The notes beneath the pieces were generated by a model. That model saw only the letters and a list, made by a program, of their open reading frames with translations. It was not told where the DNA came from and ran no database searches. A stretch of DNA of 37,900 nucleotides from Chrysochromulina tobinii (lineage: Eukaryota), in contig JWZX01002783.1 in NCBI GenBank assembly GCA_001275005.1, forward strand, positions 1-37,900. Direction: 5' to 3'. Position 1 is the first letter of the stretch. Each line of letters opens with the position of its first letter. The translations under genes were made by a program, and so were the position numbers. Shown here piece after piece: positions 1-10,471 of the stretch.

Positions 1-182
1 TGAATGCATGGCAGCGCTCCCACCGCGGGCCCACTCGCGTTGCCAGGCATGCACGAAAAAGAAGTGAAGCAGAAGCCACACTCAGGCCGAGAGATGCACT
101 CCGTCGGCTCTAGCACGGCGCAGTCGGAGAGCCACGACGGGGGCTTCGGACCAGCCGCATCGGTGAAGCCGTGTCCACCCAT
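1..182 (-). CDS. Partial CDS running off the left edge; Cys-rich PSI/plexin-repeat-like segment
   Basis: ATG at 182 opens a stop-free frame to base 1: MGGHGFTDAAGPKPPSWLSDCAVLEPTECISRPECGFCFTSFSCMPGNASGP. The C..C....CGFC....C.PG..SGP spacing resembles PSI repeats. Not in the ORF track because it is truncated. Confidence 0.5.
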   Translation of the reverse strand, partial: MGGHGFTDAAGPKPPSWLSDCAVLEPTECISRPECGFCFTSFSCMPGNASGPAVGALPCI

Positions 183-757
183 TGCACGCTCGTGACGGCG
201 CCTGACGTGTGATGCCTCGTGAGCTTCCAGCTTTCCGATCGAAAGTGATCTCGAGGCGCAGTCTCTTAGGCGCTAAGGCCGTAAGGCGCAGTGCCACAGC
301 CCAAAGCCAATCGAAACTCGAAAGTGCGTAACGAACCGCGGACAGAGCTTCAACAGCTTCTCTGGTTCGACCGGCGGCCGGGGCCCCGCTAGCGCTATCG
401 CGGCTGCTCGACGTCTTGAGCGGTCACTGTTGCGGTGCACAAGCTAAGCCTAAGGTGTGGGGCTTCATGATCAAAGCTACAAAGATAGTCGCGATACTAT
501 CTCGACACAAAGAACTCGAAAGGCTATGCTGGGTGAGGAGCGACGCCGGGAGGTGTCTCACTGTCTCTCTCCGTCTCTTGCCGCGTCGGTCCCCGGTCGC
601 TGGTCGGAGCATGCGAAGGAGCGACCGCCCCCCCCACACACAACGCCCCCCATGGCGCACCTTCTCTCCTCTCTGAAATGGAGCCAGCGCACGGATAGCC
701 TGAATGCAAAGATCAAGGCCCAGGCAGTTTCCAGTGAGATGAGCTCTGCGCACCGGC

Positions 758-1459
758 TCACCCACCGCCCGCGCGCAGCAGATACAGAATGGCCGCAGCC
801 GCAAAGGGCGCGACGAAGACGCCACTAACGGTTTTCGAGGCTGCGAGGAGCTCCGAGTCCGCGAATTCCGGATTGAGCGAGCCAGCGACAGGCAGGAATA
901 CCGCCGAAACCAGAGCAGCGAACACCACGAGTTCGGTCCCCTTCGGCAATCGCGCACCGATGCCACGCACGGCGGCGAGCGCCTTGATCTCCGTCGGCCC
1001 GATTGACTCTAGAGAGGGTCCGCACTGAAGCACAGCCGGGTTTTGCAGCATGACCCTGAGGGCGTCCTCTTCGCCCATTTTGTTGAGCAGGACTCGTTTG
1101 CTCTCAAGCATGGTGTTGCAGAACGAGTAGCTCGGGTTGATCAAGGTCGGGTTTGCTCGTGCGGCCTGCAGTGCGAACTCCTGGCTGCCGTAACATTTGA
1201 GCATCGCACCCCAAAGGATCTCCAAATCCTTTGCGGCATAGGTTTTCTTGAAGCTCTCGGTGAGCTCCTTGGCTTCAGTCGGCAATCGTGCTGCTCGCAC
1301 CTTTGGTGGCTCCAACTTGTTCACGGTGCGCATCTTCGTACCGGATTGCAAGAATTTGGACTTCTGAATTTGCAATCGCAAGTCCGTTGGCAAATTGTTC
1401 ACGACCGCCACGAAGGTCCATGGTGCAAAGAAGACGAGAGCGGCTATCTTCGGCAGCAT
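758..1459 (-). CDS. Uncharacterised, probably plastid-targeted membrane protein
   Basis: 233-aa ORF with a hydrophobic N-terminal signal, a basic transit-like stretch, two NP-containing repeats (ANPTLINP, QNPAVLQC) and two C-terminal hydrophobic helices. The stop lies in GG|GTGAGC, so a further exon (acceptor TTTGCATTCAG near 700) is possible. Confidence 0.7.
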   Translation of the reverse strand: MLPKIAALVFFAPWTFVAVVNNLPTDLRLQIQKSKFLQSGTKMRTVNKLEPPKVRAARLPTEAKELTESFKKTYAAKDLEILWGAMLKCYGSQEFALQAARANPTLINPSYSFCNTMLESKRVLLNKMGEEDALRVMLQNPAVLQCGPSLESIGPTEIKALAAVRGIGARLPKGTELVVFAALVSAVFLPVAGSLNPEFADSELLAASKTVSGVFVAPFAAAAILYLLRAGGG

Positions 1460-1641
1460 ATCTTCGGCCCAACAGTGAAGCTCACTTCTCTGTTTCCCGT
1501 CGGTGCGAAGATGCGGGGATCTTTCGTTGTAGGCCTAGAAATTTCCAGGATGTGAACGTCGGTGAGGATGGTTTGTTTTGGGTTTGTGTGTTGTGTGTCG
1601 TGATCAGAATTCGCTTCGGGCAAATGTGAGTCGTGAACAGA

Positions 1642-2763
1642 ATGCATGCTCGTGCGCTGGCGCGATCGGGCCCGTACCGAGCGACAACCGAGCCGCCACT
1701 GTTCGCGATCATCACCTGCATCCGGAGCACGCCGTTGCAGTCCTTGGAAGGCACGTCACTCATGCGGACTTTCCTGCCATCCATTGAAAGTTCGATAACG
1801 CCGCTGGAACGAGTCCAGTGGACTGTGCGCCTGTACCTATGCGCCGACGATGATGACGAGACGTTTCGGACGCACTGGCCGGCCATTGAGGCGGCAGCTC
1901 CGGCACGCATTGGCATCCGGATGATTCTCGTGCCAAAGGTGCCGAATCGGGTGCCAAGCCGCGAGGCTGCCGAGTGCGCGCGATTGGATGGTGCCGAATA
2001 CTATCATCGCACCAATGACGACATTCGGTACCTGTCGGCCGGCTGGCTCACTGCGTCCGTGCGCGCGCTGCGACGCTTAAGCCCGCCAAACGTTGGCATC
2101 GTGGGTCCCAAGGTGTACGGTGACGGCGTGACCAACAAAATGCACGGTGGTATGACTATCGACATCGTGCATCGAACGCATCTTCGCATCTTCCGAGAGT
2201 ACTATCCGTTGCAGCTTGATAATTGGTACACCGACAGCTGGATTGTGTACGTGTACGTGCGCAACCCGTTTGACAGGGCCAAGCGCGTCGTCAAGCTCGG
2301 CAGGGCGGACAATTTTTCGGCCATGCACGCCTTTGAGAAGCGCAGGTATTCGCCAACCAAGGCGCATCTCAAGCTGCTTCCTGCCCTCACCGAGTGCGGC
2401 CGTCAGGCCATCTCCGCGTATCTTAACGCTACGAGCACCGGCAGCCGCCCTGACGGCCACGTGTCTTGCCGCGCGTACCAGAAACTTCCCATGAAACCCA
2501 GCAGCAGCAGCATCGGCGTGAGCAGCAGTAGCGCTGGTACCCGTGGTAGGGGCGGCGCCTACCACCGGTGCAGCCGTCGCAAGGAGATAGTCGGCGGGCT
2601 TGAGATGAATATCAAGGACCTGCAGGCCAACGCCATGGCGATTGAGGGATTCTGCCGTGAACGGGAGCCAAGAGCAAACTGGACGTTAGGCGAGCAGCTC
2701 GGATTTGGCGCACCTCCACACGCTCCACCTCCACATGCACTACGGAGTGTGCCTAGGCCCTAG
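1642..2763 (+). CDS. GT-A fold glycosyltransferase-like protein
   Basis: First in-frame ATG at 1642. Motifs FAIITCIRS, LYLCADDDD, YYHRTNDD (DxD-like), PPNVGIVGP and DIVHRTHLRIF..YYP..LDNWYTDSWI..VY, as in algal GT2-like proteins. Confidence 0.75.
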   Translation: MHARALARSGPYRATTEPPLFAIITCIRSTPLQSLEGTSLMRTFLPSIESSITPLERVQWTVRLYLCADDDDETFRTHWPAIEAAAPARIGIRMILVPKVPNRVPSREAAECARLDGAEYYHRTNDDIRYLSAGWLTASVRALRRLSPPNVGIVGPKVYGDGVTNKMHGGMTIDIVHRTHLRIFREYYPLQLDNWYTDSWIVYVYVRNPFDRAKRVVKLGRADNFSAMHAFEKRRYSPTKAHLKLLPALTECGRQAISAYLNATSTGSRPDGHVSCRAYQKLPMKPSSSSIGVSSSSAGTRGRGGAYHRCSRRKEIVGGLEMNIKDLQANAMAIEGFCREREPRANWTLGEQLGFGAPPHAPPPHALRSVPRP

Positions 2764-3179
2764 CGGTGTTATGCCACGTTGGCACGTTAGTCAGTTTCGT
2801 TCGATTCGTTGCCTCGGAACCGTCACTCGGAACTCGCCGGCGTCGGACCGCGGCGGTAGCGTACCGCTCGTGCGCCGCGCCGGCTCGTCGACCCGACGAG
2901 CGTCCAGCGTACGAATGGAGCGGATACGTTAACGGAAACGGTATTAATTTGGTATAAAGTGTAATCAATACCTTTTTTTTGTACGGCGTGACACGCGACT
3001 GAATCCGCTGTGGCCGCGCGTCGAACACGGCCCAAGACCGGACCAGCAGCTAAGAACCTGTGCCTATAAACGTTGCCCCGTGCGGCTCAAAAACTGGGTC
3101 CCGAACCGTCTCTGAAGTTTGCACGTCGCCAACTCTGGCACCAACCACGCAGCAATACCGCCGCTAGCAGTCGGAGTGG

Positions 3180-4898
3180 TCAATTGGGCTCGTGGTGCGC
3201 TCCTTGCCGAAGATTGCGCCCGACAAAGACGGAAGCGGGCTTCTTTCGCCGCTGGCAGTCGAGGAAGGACGCGCGGCACCCGTGGAGGCAAGGGAAAGGC
3301 TTCGTCGGATCGGGGCAGATCTCGAGGCGCGTGAGTGCGGCGAAGCACTCGTCCAGAGGCTGCGTCGGCCGTTGGCGCCCGCACAAGGCGCCAAGAGCCT
3401 TCTCGTAGCAGTCTCGCACGGAGATGCAATACGGCCACACGCGATCGCCCCAGGGAATCTTGCCATCCTCGAAGGCGTGCCCTTCTTGGTCGATGGCGTA
3501 CAGGCCGTCGCGGCCAACGATGATGTTCCAGAGCATCATGTCGCGCCCCACCGGAAGCGCCAGGAACTCGACTGCCAGCCGCGCGCGCGAGCTCGCCACC
3601 ATCTGCAAGCCGATGGCCGTGTCGAGGTTCATGCCGCCCGTGTCGAACCCGAGATTCTTGCCGCGCATTCGCCATCCCTCCTCGAGGGTTTTGAATTGGT
3701 GGGCGCCAAAGGACGTGCCGTCGTCCACCCGAAACAGCGCCGGCACGCGCGGCTGCCATATCGTCCGCGGGGGGGTACCAGCTGAGCTGCCGCCCTCGGC
3801 GCTGGCTGTGGGATAAGGGAGGTCCAGAGGGAGCTCCCGAGGGAGGTCCATGACGTACATTCGTTGGTGGCACCGTGGAGAGTGCCAGCAGCTGAAATGG
3901 TGGGCGTTGAGCCGCCTCAAGGCTCGGAGCTCAACGAGCAGCGCCACCTGAGCGCCGCTATCATGTAACGGTGCCAAGCTTCGGCCTGCGGAGCAACCGC
4001 CGCTGCCCGCAATGCCCTCGTCGCCAACGTCGCCTGCTCGATGGCGGCCGCCGTCGCCGCTGCACCCTGTCGCGTAGGTCGCCGCCTCAACCGAGAACGT
4101 CGAGTCGAAGGCATTCTCGCTTGGCAGCGCGTTGCTCTCGGCTCCAGGCGACCGTACCGTGGTTGCAAGCGCCGCGTCCCATGCCGCAAGCGCAGCGCCC
4201 GATGGAAGCAGCAGCAACGTCCAGGCGGCGAGCGAGAGCACCGTGCGCGCGTCGGCTGGCGTCGGCTCGAGCAGCCAGCCAGGCGCCGACGAGTGCACCA
4301 GCTGCAGGTCAAAGAACTCATTTGAGACGCGCAACGCCTGCAGTGCCCTGAGCTTCTCGCCGCGCGGGTTGAGTACGTCGTTCATCATCGGAGACGGCCC
4401 GAGTGCCTGCAGATCGGCTCGAAGAACGTAAACATGAGTGAGGTTGGCGGCGGCCAGCCGAGCAGCAAGCGGCGGTGCGGCTGCTCCCGTGAGGATGACA
4501 AAGAATGCCACAGTGGGAAAGGCAGCAAAGAGTGCCTCCGACTCTGTAACAATCCCGTGCTGCAAGCAGGCGCATCGCGGACGTTGAGAGCACGCAGTGA
4601 GCCATTGTCCCATCACTGCAGGTGCGCTGGTGTCCAGCGGCACACGTGCAGGCGGTGCCGAGATAGCCTCGCCGAAGGCTCGATGGTCGTGCTCGATGCC
4701 AAGTGCGCCTATGTTCGGCCCATGAAGAGCAGTGCTAGGTGTGACAGCATGGTGGACGTGAGCGTCGGAAGCTGGCATCATCTGGTAGAGCACGACGGCG
4801 TTCAGGAGAACGAAGCAGCATCCAACCAAGAGTGTCAAATTATCAACAGTGAGCTTCTTGCCGCCAGAGAGGCCACGAGCATGCTCGGGCGGCATCAC
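3180..4898 (-). CDS. Type II membrane protein with a C-terminal kinase-like motif set
   Basis: 572-aa ORF with one N-terminal TM (LTLLVGCCFVLLNAVVLY), a Cys-rich C-terminus, and RDMMLWNII..GLYAIDQE resembling a DxxxxN catalytic loop plus Mg-binding Asp. Confidence 0.7.
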   Translation of the reverse strand: MMPPEHARGLSGGKKLTVDNLTLLVGCCFVLLNAVVLYQMMPASDAHVHHAVTPSTALHGPNIGALGIEHDHRAFGEAISAPPARVPLDTSAPAVMGQWLTACSQRPRCACLQHGIVTESEALFAAFPTVAFFVILTGAAAPPLAARLAAANLTHVYVLRADLQALGPSPMMNDVLNPRGEKLRALQALRVSNEFFDLQLVHSSAPGWLLEPTPADARTVLSLAAWTLLLLPSGAALAAWDAALATTVRSPGAESNALPSENAFDSTFSVEAATYATGCSGDGGRHRAGDVGDEGIAGSGGCSAGRSLAPLHDSGAQVALLVELRALRRLNAHHFSCWHSPRCHQRMYVMDLPRELPLDLPYPTASAEGGSSAGTPPRTIWQPRVPALFRVDDGTSFGAHQFKTLEEGWRMRGKNLGFDTGGMNLDTAIGLQMVASSRARLAVEFLALPVGRDMMLWNIIVGRDGLYAIDQEGHAFEDGKIPWGDRVWPYCISVRDCYEKALGALCGRQRPTQPLDECFAALTRLEICPDPTKPFPCLHGCRASFLDCQRRKKPASVFVGRNLRQGAHHEPN

Positions 4899-5205
4899 AG
4901 TTCACAGAGGGACAGAACTTTTTGCAACAACTTTTGTTGTGCATGAGCAATGTCAACAAGTCTACTGTGAAACCGCCGTCGCCGCCGGGCAGGCCGGCCC
5001 ATGTTCATCGCATGGTCTACGCAAGTTTCGAGGAAACGTTCCCCCCACTGCCACTCCAGCCGTTCCTCGACTCTCGGAGATTGATTCATCAACGAGCTCT
5101 TCCGCGGTAGGGTTTAGCTCGTGTTCCGACCCCCCCCCGCCCCCAAGGACGAAACACCGATAACGCGGTGTTTCGTAGAGTCAACGTTTCACCTTTCAGC
5201 CCCTC

Positions 5206-6385
5206 CTAGAGGCTCGTTGGAACTGTAGCAAGCGGCGAGGGCGCCGCTTCGGTCGCGGCTTCAGCATGTGGGGGGGCATCAGTCGCAAGAACCGTGTACG
5301 TAGGCAGCGACTCGACATTCATGCGATCGAGAAAGGTGATCCTAGGCACGCGTAACGACGGCGAGGGGGAGGGAGACCGATGGATGTTAAGCGAGAGGGC
5401 GAGGGTGTGTGCGGCGAGATCGTGGGTGTGAGTGGGGCAGGGCATCGAGGCGACGCGAGAGCCCACGGCCAGCCGCGCGCGCGCGGATCGCACGACGTTA
5501 CCTGTCGCCGTGCTGCAACCGAACCTCCACCGCACGCGGGATGCGCTCGCCATTTAGGTAGGTGCCGTTGGACGATCGGTCGACGATCCACGCGCCTGTC
5601 GGGTCGAGGCCGACCTCGCAGTGGCGGCGCGAGACCTCCGAGTGGTGGATGCGCACATCAAGGGGGCGCGTCGACGAAGCCGATGAGCGACCGAAGGCGA
5701 CGGGCCGCATAGGGGAGAGGACGATGTCGGGGGCCTCGTGCTGTCCCGAACGGCGGATGCGCCCTCGCGTGCCGGGCCCACGTGCGAAGGCGGCGAGGCT
5801 CGACTTGAGGCAGAGAGTCGGCCGCCGCGCGCACGTCGCCGTGTGCTCCGAGTACGAGCTGAAAGGCACGTCAATGCCACAGTGCGGGCACGGCGCTTGC
5901 ATGCCCTCAGCGCTAGCCACCTTCTCGAGAGCGAGGCACCGGATGTTTGTGGGCGCTGAGCGGCACGTTGGGCACTTGGCGCACGCGGGCTGCTTAGAGC
6001 ACGCGTCGCACAGCAAATGCCCATTCGGGCATTGCCTCGCGGGCGGCAGCAGGGGCGAGCAGAGGCACACGGGGCACGAAAGTTGCTCCAGGAGCACGCG
6101 CTTGGTCTCGCGGTTCACTTCGATGGATGCGCGTGCACCCGAGGGTCCCGGGGAGTCCGAAGGGCCCGCCTCGGCCACCGGAACCGCTTGCACTTGCGCG
6201 ACCTCCTCATGCTCACGCTTGCGCGACGAGAAGAGGCTCGCCAGCGTGGTTAGGATGTCCCCCGCACCATAGGCACCAAGGCGCCCCAGGACACTTGGCG
6301 TACTCGCGCCGGCGCCGCTGCTGCCGGGCTCGGAGCCCTCCGACGATGCGGCCGTGCGTGCGCGCTTCGCTGGGGGAGCTTCCAT
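5206..6385 (-). CDS. SINA/SIAH-type RING E3 ligase fused to an FHA domain (2 exons: 6385-5502, 5341-5206; 339 aa)
   Basis: LSCPVC..PP..QCPNGHLLCDAC...CPTCR..IRCLALEKVA is a SINA RING, followed by CPHC..H..C. FGRS...VSRRHC...DRSSNGTYLNG is an FHA domain. Intron 5342-5501 (GTAACG...CCTAG) completes the FHA as HGDRITF. Confidence 0.85.
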
Positions 6386-6602
6386 ATTCGCCGGGACCGC
6401 TCTCCGCGGTCAGCAAAGTTGCCAGCAATCACCGTCACTCAGTCAACTTGAAGTTTGAGGCAAACAGAGAGTGTGTGAATACATGTAGTAGCAAAAACGA
6501 TGATCGCGAGCTCATTTGCAAGGTGCTTCTCTTCTCGTACATGTTTCTCGACCTTTTTTGGGGTGACCGAGATCAAAACTCGCTTTCAAATCCACGGTTC
6601 GA

Positions 6603-7601
6603 ATGGGGCATGAAGCAGTTCATGAAGCCCCGCAGACGGCGCCCGAGGCGCTCGCCAAGCAGCTAGCGAGCCATTACTGCACGCCCTCATTCCGCGATTT
6701 GCAACGCACGTGCAGGATCCTGCAGGCCAAAGCCGATGCGGCTTACGAGCACAACGCACAACTCGCAGCAGAGCTGGAGGAGACGCGCGAGAGCTCACGC
6801 CGCGACACCTTGAGGCTCGCGATGATGGTTGGGGATCTGGAGACGCGGCTGGCTGCAGATGCCGACGATCGCGCCGCAAAAGAGGCCGCGCACGCGGCCA
6901 ACGCGAAGGGTGAGGTCGCTCGCCTTCAGGAGCGAACCATGCTGCTGGAGGCGGGGCTGGCGACGGCGGAGCGGCGCGAGACTTGGTTGCTCGACGAGCT
7001 GCGCGAGGGGCGCACGAACCTCGGCGCCGCGCGCCAACACATTGCTGACCTGCGTGCGGAAGCGGCGCGGCTCTCTGCTGAGCTCCAGAGGAGCGAGGAG
7101 GAGCGGGAGGAGCTTATCGCGACTCACAGGGCGACAAGGTCGGAGCTGGCGGTCGCGCGCGGGAGCCTGGACGCGGAGTGCCGAGCTCTCGGCGATGCAC
7201 GCGCGCAGGCAGCACAGCTCCACTCGGAGTGCCGCGAGGCGAACCGCGCCCTCGACGCTGCGCGCGAGGCCAACGAAGCCTTGGCGAACCGAGCCGAGGA
7301 CGTTGAGCAAGAGGCACGCCGGTTGGCGCAGTGGGCGCAACAGCTCGGGCACGAAGCGCGCAGCGAGGCTGAGGCGCATGCCGCTTCCGAGCGCGCCGTC
7401 TTTGCGTTGCGCGAGCAGAATACCGCCCTCGTCGAAGAGATCAATGCACTTCGGCGGCAGCTTCTGGAAGTGGTGCAGCTGCAACACGCGACCAAGCAGG
7501 AGGGCATCTCCTCGCGCGCAGAGGCACGCGCACTGGCCATCCGACTCGGCTTGTACCGTTCCGTGCTCAAGACCGACGCCGCTACCATCCTTGCCTCGTG
7601 A
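6603..7601 (+). CDS. Long coiled-coil protein
   Basis: 332-aa ORF, rich in A/E/R/L with heptad character and almost no proline in the body. Confidence 0.75.
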   Translation: MGHEAVHEAPQTAPEALAKQLASHYCTPSFRDLQRTCRILQAKADAAYEHNAQLAAELEETRESSRRDTLRLAMMVGDLETRLAADADDRAAKEAAHAANAKGEVARLQERTMLLEAGLATAERRETWLLDELREGRTNLGAARQHIADLRAEAARLSAELQRSEEEREELIATHRATRSELAVARGSLDAECRALGDARAQAAQLHSECREANRALDAAREANEALANRAEDVEQEARRLAQWAQQLGHEARSEAEAHAASERAVFALREQNTALVEEINALRRQLLEVVQLQHATKQEGISSRAEARALAIRLGLYRSVLKTDAATILAS

Positions 7602-7925
7602 ACGATTCAGGCAACCCACGAGACGATGAGATCACCGACCAGCGACCAGGAGGCCGCTATCCTGATATTCGACAGGAGACCGCTTCGCCTTCGGCCCGGG
7701 AGCCTGGCACCAGCTCCCGGGCCCGGGAGCGGGGAGCCTGGCACCATAACTCAGTGAGGCTTCACGTTCAGGCGTACTTAAAAAAGGCGATGCTGTTCGA
7801 AGACGTGCGTGCAATGGTTAGAATTGATAGCTGAAACATCGCCCGACGTCGAAAAGTATTCACATTGAATTGGATAATTGGTCCATTAATTATCAATAAA
7901 CTTTCCCTATTGCAAACGAAGAGGA

Positions 7926-8676
7926 ATGCGGCTGAGCGTGCAAACGATGACAAGTCGCACGTTCACGCTCCATGATGTCAGCGAGAGCGAGACGATCATC
8001 GACATCAAACGCAGGATCGAAGCGCTCGAGAGTGCGCCCGTAGAGGCCCAGGCCCTCATCTGGGGAGGATGCACGCTAGGCTATTCAACCTCTTCGTTTC
8101 TCAACCTGTCACGGCCGGAGCACGACCAGCACACGCTTGCATCCTGTATTTGATCGGCCGCAACTCGAACCGCTGTCCCGTTTTTCTGCACCGTGTGCTG
8201 ATGCCGTGGCTGTTGTGTGCGTGCAACGCGACGCAGATGGCCTTACTGGTGATGCGATCATCATTCTCGTGCTCAACCCGTATGTACTGGCAAGCCTCTC
8301 CGACGAGGTGGGCCGCAGCCATCGCGCAGCGTCAGGCCGCACAGCTGTGGACGCCGCCGATGCGGGCACATACTCCAACCGGCCACATCCGACGGGGCAA
8401 TCGGACGCACGGGCGGGCTGCTTGCCAGCAGCGAGTGTGCTCTTCCCTGACGAGGGAGACGAGGAGGTGGTTCGCGACGCGACGCAAGGTCATCTTCTGG
8501 CCGCATGCGGCACGGCTGTCGCTCCGGCCGTTCCGCCCGAGGTGCCGCTCAAGGCCCTCAAGCTGCTCGGTAATGAAAGTGGCGCTCCCCAAGTAGGACG
8601 ACGGCGGTTTCGGATGCCGTGGTTCGGCAGCGCACGCTCCTCTCGCCTAGCCTCGGTTGCGACCCATAATTTATGA
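7926..8676 (+). CDS. Ubiquitin-like domain protein (2 exons: 7926-8145, 8237-8676; 219 aa)
   Basis: MRLSVQTMTSRTFTL..TIIDIKRRIEALE..P..Q.LIWGG matches the ubiquitin fold. Splicing 8146-8236 (GTATTT...CGCAG) yields DQHTLASYGLTGDAIIILVL, which matches ubiquitin [20 protein letters not shown]. Confidence 0.75.
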
Positions 8677-8792
8677 AAGTGAGGGGCGAAAGCTCCTGCA
8701 AAAATCCCTTTTCTTCTGTGGTGTGGGAAAGTGATGACGATCTGGCCTCGAGCTCGCTCTTGCCCGTCCCGACTGCCCCCCCCGACTTCCTA

Positions 8793-9407
8793 ATGGACGC
8801 TCAGTACGCGCCGCCGATGGCGCAAGGAGGGATTGAGCATTCGTCGATCTCACTCAGCGCGCAGGCGGAGCTCGAGCTTGAGCTCTCCCTCCGAGGCAGC
8901 CTGCTCGTGCAGCAGCAGCGGCGTATCGTGCAGCTCGAGGATGAGTTGCAGCGTGCCTGGAGTGAGATTGAGAGGTTGCGCATCAAGCTTGGCGCCCTCG
9001 AGCGCGAGCGAACGCTCAATGACGAAGATGGTTCACGCCAGCCGCGCTACTGGACGCCCGAGGAGCACACGCTCTTTGTGGAGGCCGTACAGCGATTTGG
9101 CTGGAAAGACGTCAAGGCCATCTCGCAGCACGTTGGTACTCGCAACCCCACCCAGGTTCGAACGCACGCGCAGAAGCTCCTCCTCCGCCAACAAAAGGAA
9201 CACGCGGGTGTGATGCAAGCATCCAACAACGGGCGCGAGATCCCGCCGATGCCGCCCAATGCGGGTGGCGGCCACGATGTCGACGCTTCTGTGCTCGCGC
9301 TGCTGCCGCCGCCCGACCACGTGGGCGACCAGCACATGCCCGGACGCCTCCCACCCATGGCCCAGATCGCGAGGGATGAGCCTGATAACCCCGACAGCGA
9401 CCACTAG
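8793..9407 (+). CDS. SHAQKYF-class single-repeat Myb transcription factor with upstream coiled coil
   Basis: RYWTPEEHTLFVEAVQRFGWKDVKAISQHVGTRNPTQVRTHAQK. The ORF is open from ATG 8673; ATG 8793 was chosen because 8673 overlaps the previous stop. Confidence 0.9.
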   Translation: MDAQYAPPMAQGGIEHSSISLSAQAELELELSLRGSLLVQQQRRIVQLEDELQRAWSEIERLRIKLGALERERTLNDEDGSRQPRYWTPEEHTLFVEAVQRFGWKDVKAISQHVGTRNPTQVRTHAQKLLLRQQKEHAGVMQASNNGREIPPMPPNAGGGHDVDASVLALLPPPDHVGDQHMPGRLPPMAQIARDEPDNPDSDH

Positions 9408-9780
9408 CGGCGAGGCGGAGGATGTCACGCTTGGAGCAGCCTCGAGTGACACGCCTCAGTGGAACCACCTGTGCTGCGACTCGCTGCACAGCCGTCTCGA
9501 ACCCGCGCGGCTCTGCATGGAGCATGCTCATGTAGCAGGAATGGCGGCGTCGAGCGTATGCCCGTCCAGAGACCCGCCTCGCCTTCGGCCTTTGCGCTCA
9601 CGATCGGACGTCATGACGTATGAGCTTGCGACGCGCGCAGTGCGGTGTGGCGTGTATGCTGTGGACCTGTGTGTGGCTGCGCAGCCATCAGTTGAGCGTT
9701 CTTTAATACAGTGACAAAACTCACTTGTGTTTTTTGACGAAGTTTGAAAATTGCGGGACGAAATTTTGTTCACAAAAACA

Positions 9781-10471
9781 ATGGTGAGGATAATGGCGAG
9801 GATCTGGCTGATGATAGTCTTGCTTGTACCGTCGGCGCGTGTGGCGGACGGTGCGCGATTTGAGGACTGCGGCGCAAGGGCCGTCATCCTTTGCGCAAGC
9901 AAGCGCCGCAACGCGGGCAAGCCAGCAACACTGCACGATCTGGCCACAGGTGTGATGTGAGATGCACATTCTACTCGCCTCATGCTGACTCGCATGTCCT
10001 CGGGTGGCAGATTCTGATGTCAACGAGTATTCTACGGACGTGGGTGGCTCCTCCCAAACCGTACTCATCGAGCCTAAGCCTGTCGACACGAATACCACTG
10101 CGGTGGCTGAACCAGTCCAAGTGACATCAAAGATGACTGGTGCTGGCCGCAAGCTGTGACGAAGCGTCAATGGGCATGAGATGATACGGATAATGCGCAT
10201 AGGACCTTCTAGGCCACACTTTGCGTTCGCGTCGATATGCAGGTCGGGGCGGCCGCGCAGCTCTCCGACTCCTTTGTTTCAAGAGGCAGACAATAAGATC
10301 GTGAAGACGGCGCTAACGGAGCTACACTCTTGCTCATTGTTTCAGGTGGGAGCAGAACCCCGCGTGGCGACCACTGGCAAATGGCATTCGCCACGCATGC
10401 GAATGCGTGATCGTGAAACGTGGATGCCCCGGACGCGGAGACGTGTGCCCGTGTCACGATTCTGGGATTGA
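9781..10471 (+). CDS. Hypothetical small spliced protein with a signal peptide
   Basis: Hydrophobic N-terminus IWLMIVLLVPSA. Intron 9950-10010 (GTGTGA..GCTGAC..GGCAG) keeps frame. The protein ends either at TGA 10157-10159, or via intron 10156-10242 continues in frame into ORF 10181-10471. Confidence 0.4.

Noticed and set aside
2766..3060. Small hairpins between the glycosyltransferase and kinase-like genes as an ncRNA
   Set aside because: Stems are only 6-7 bp in GC-rich sequence and no known ncRNA motif was recognised.
7598..7834. ORF overlapping the end of the coiled-coil gene
   Set aside because: GTG start, no recognisable domain, and the only nearby GT-AG pair is 13 nt long, too short for an intron.
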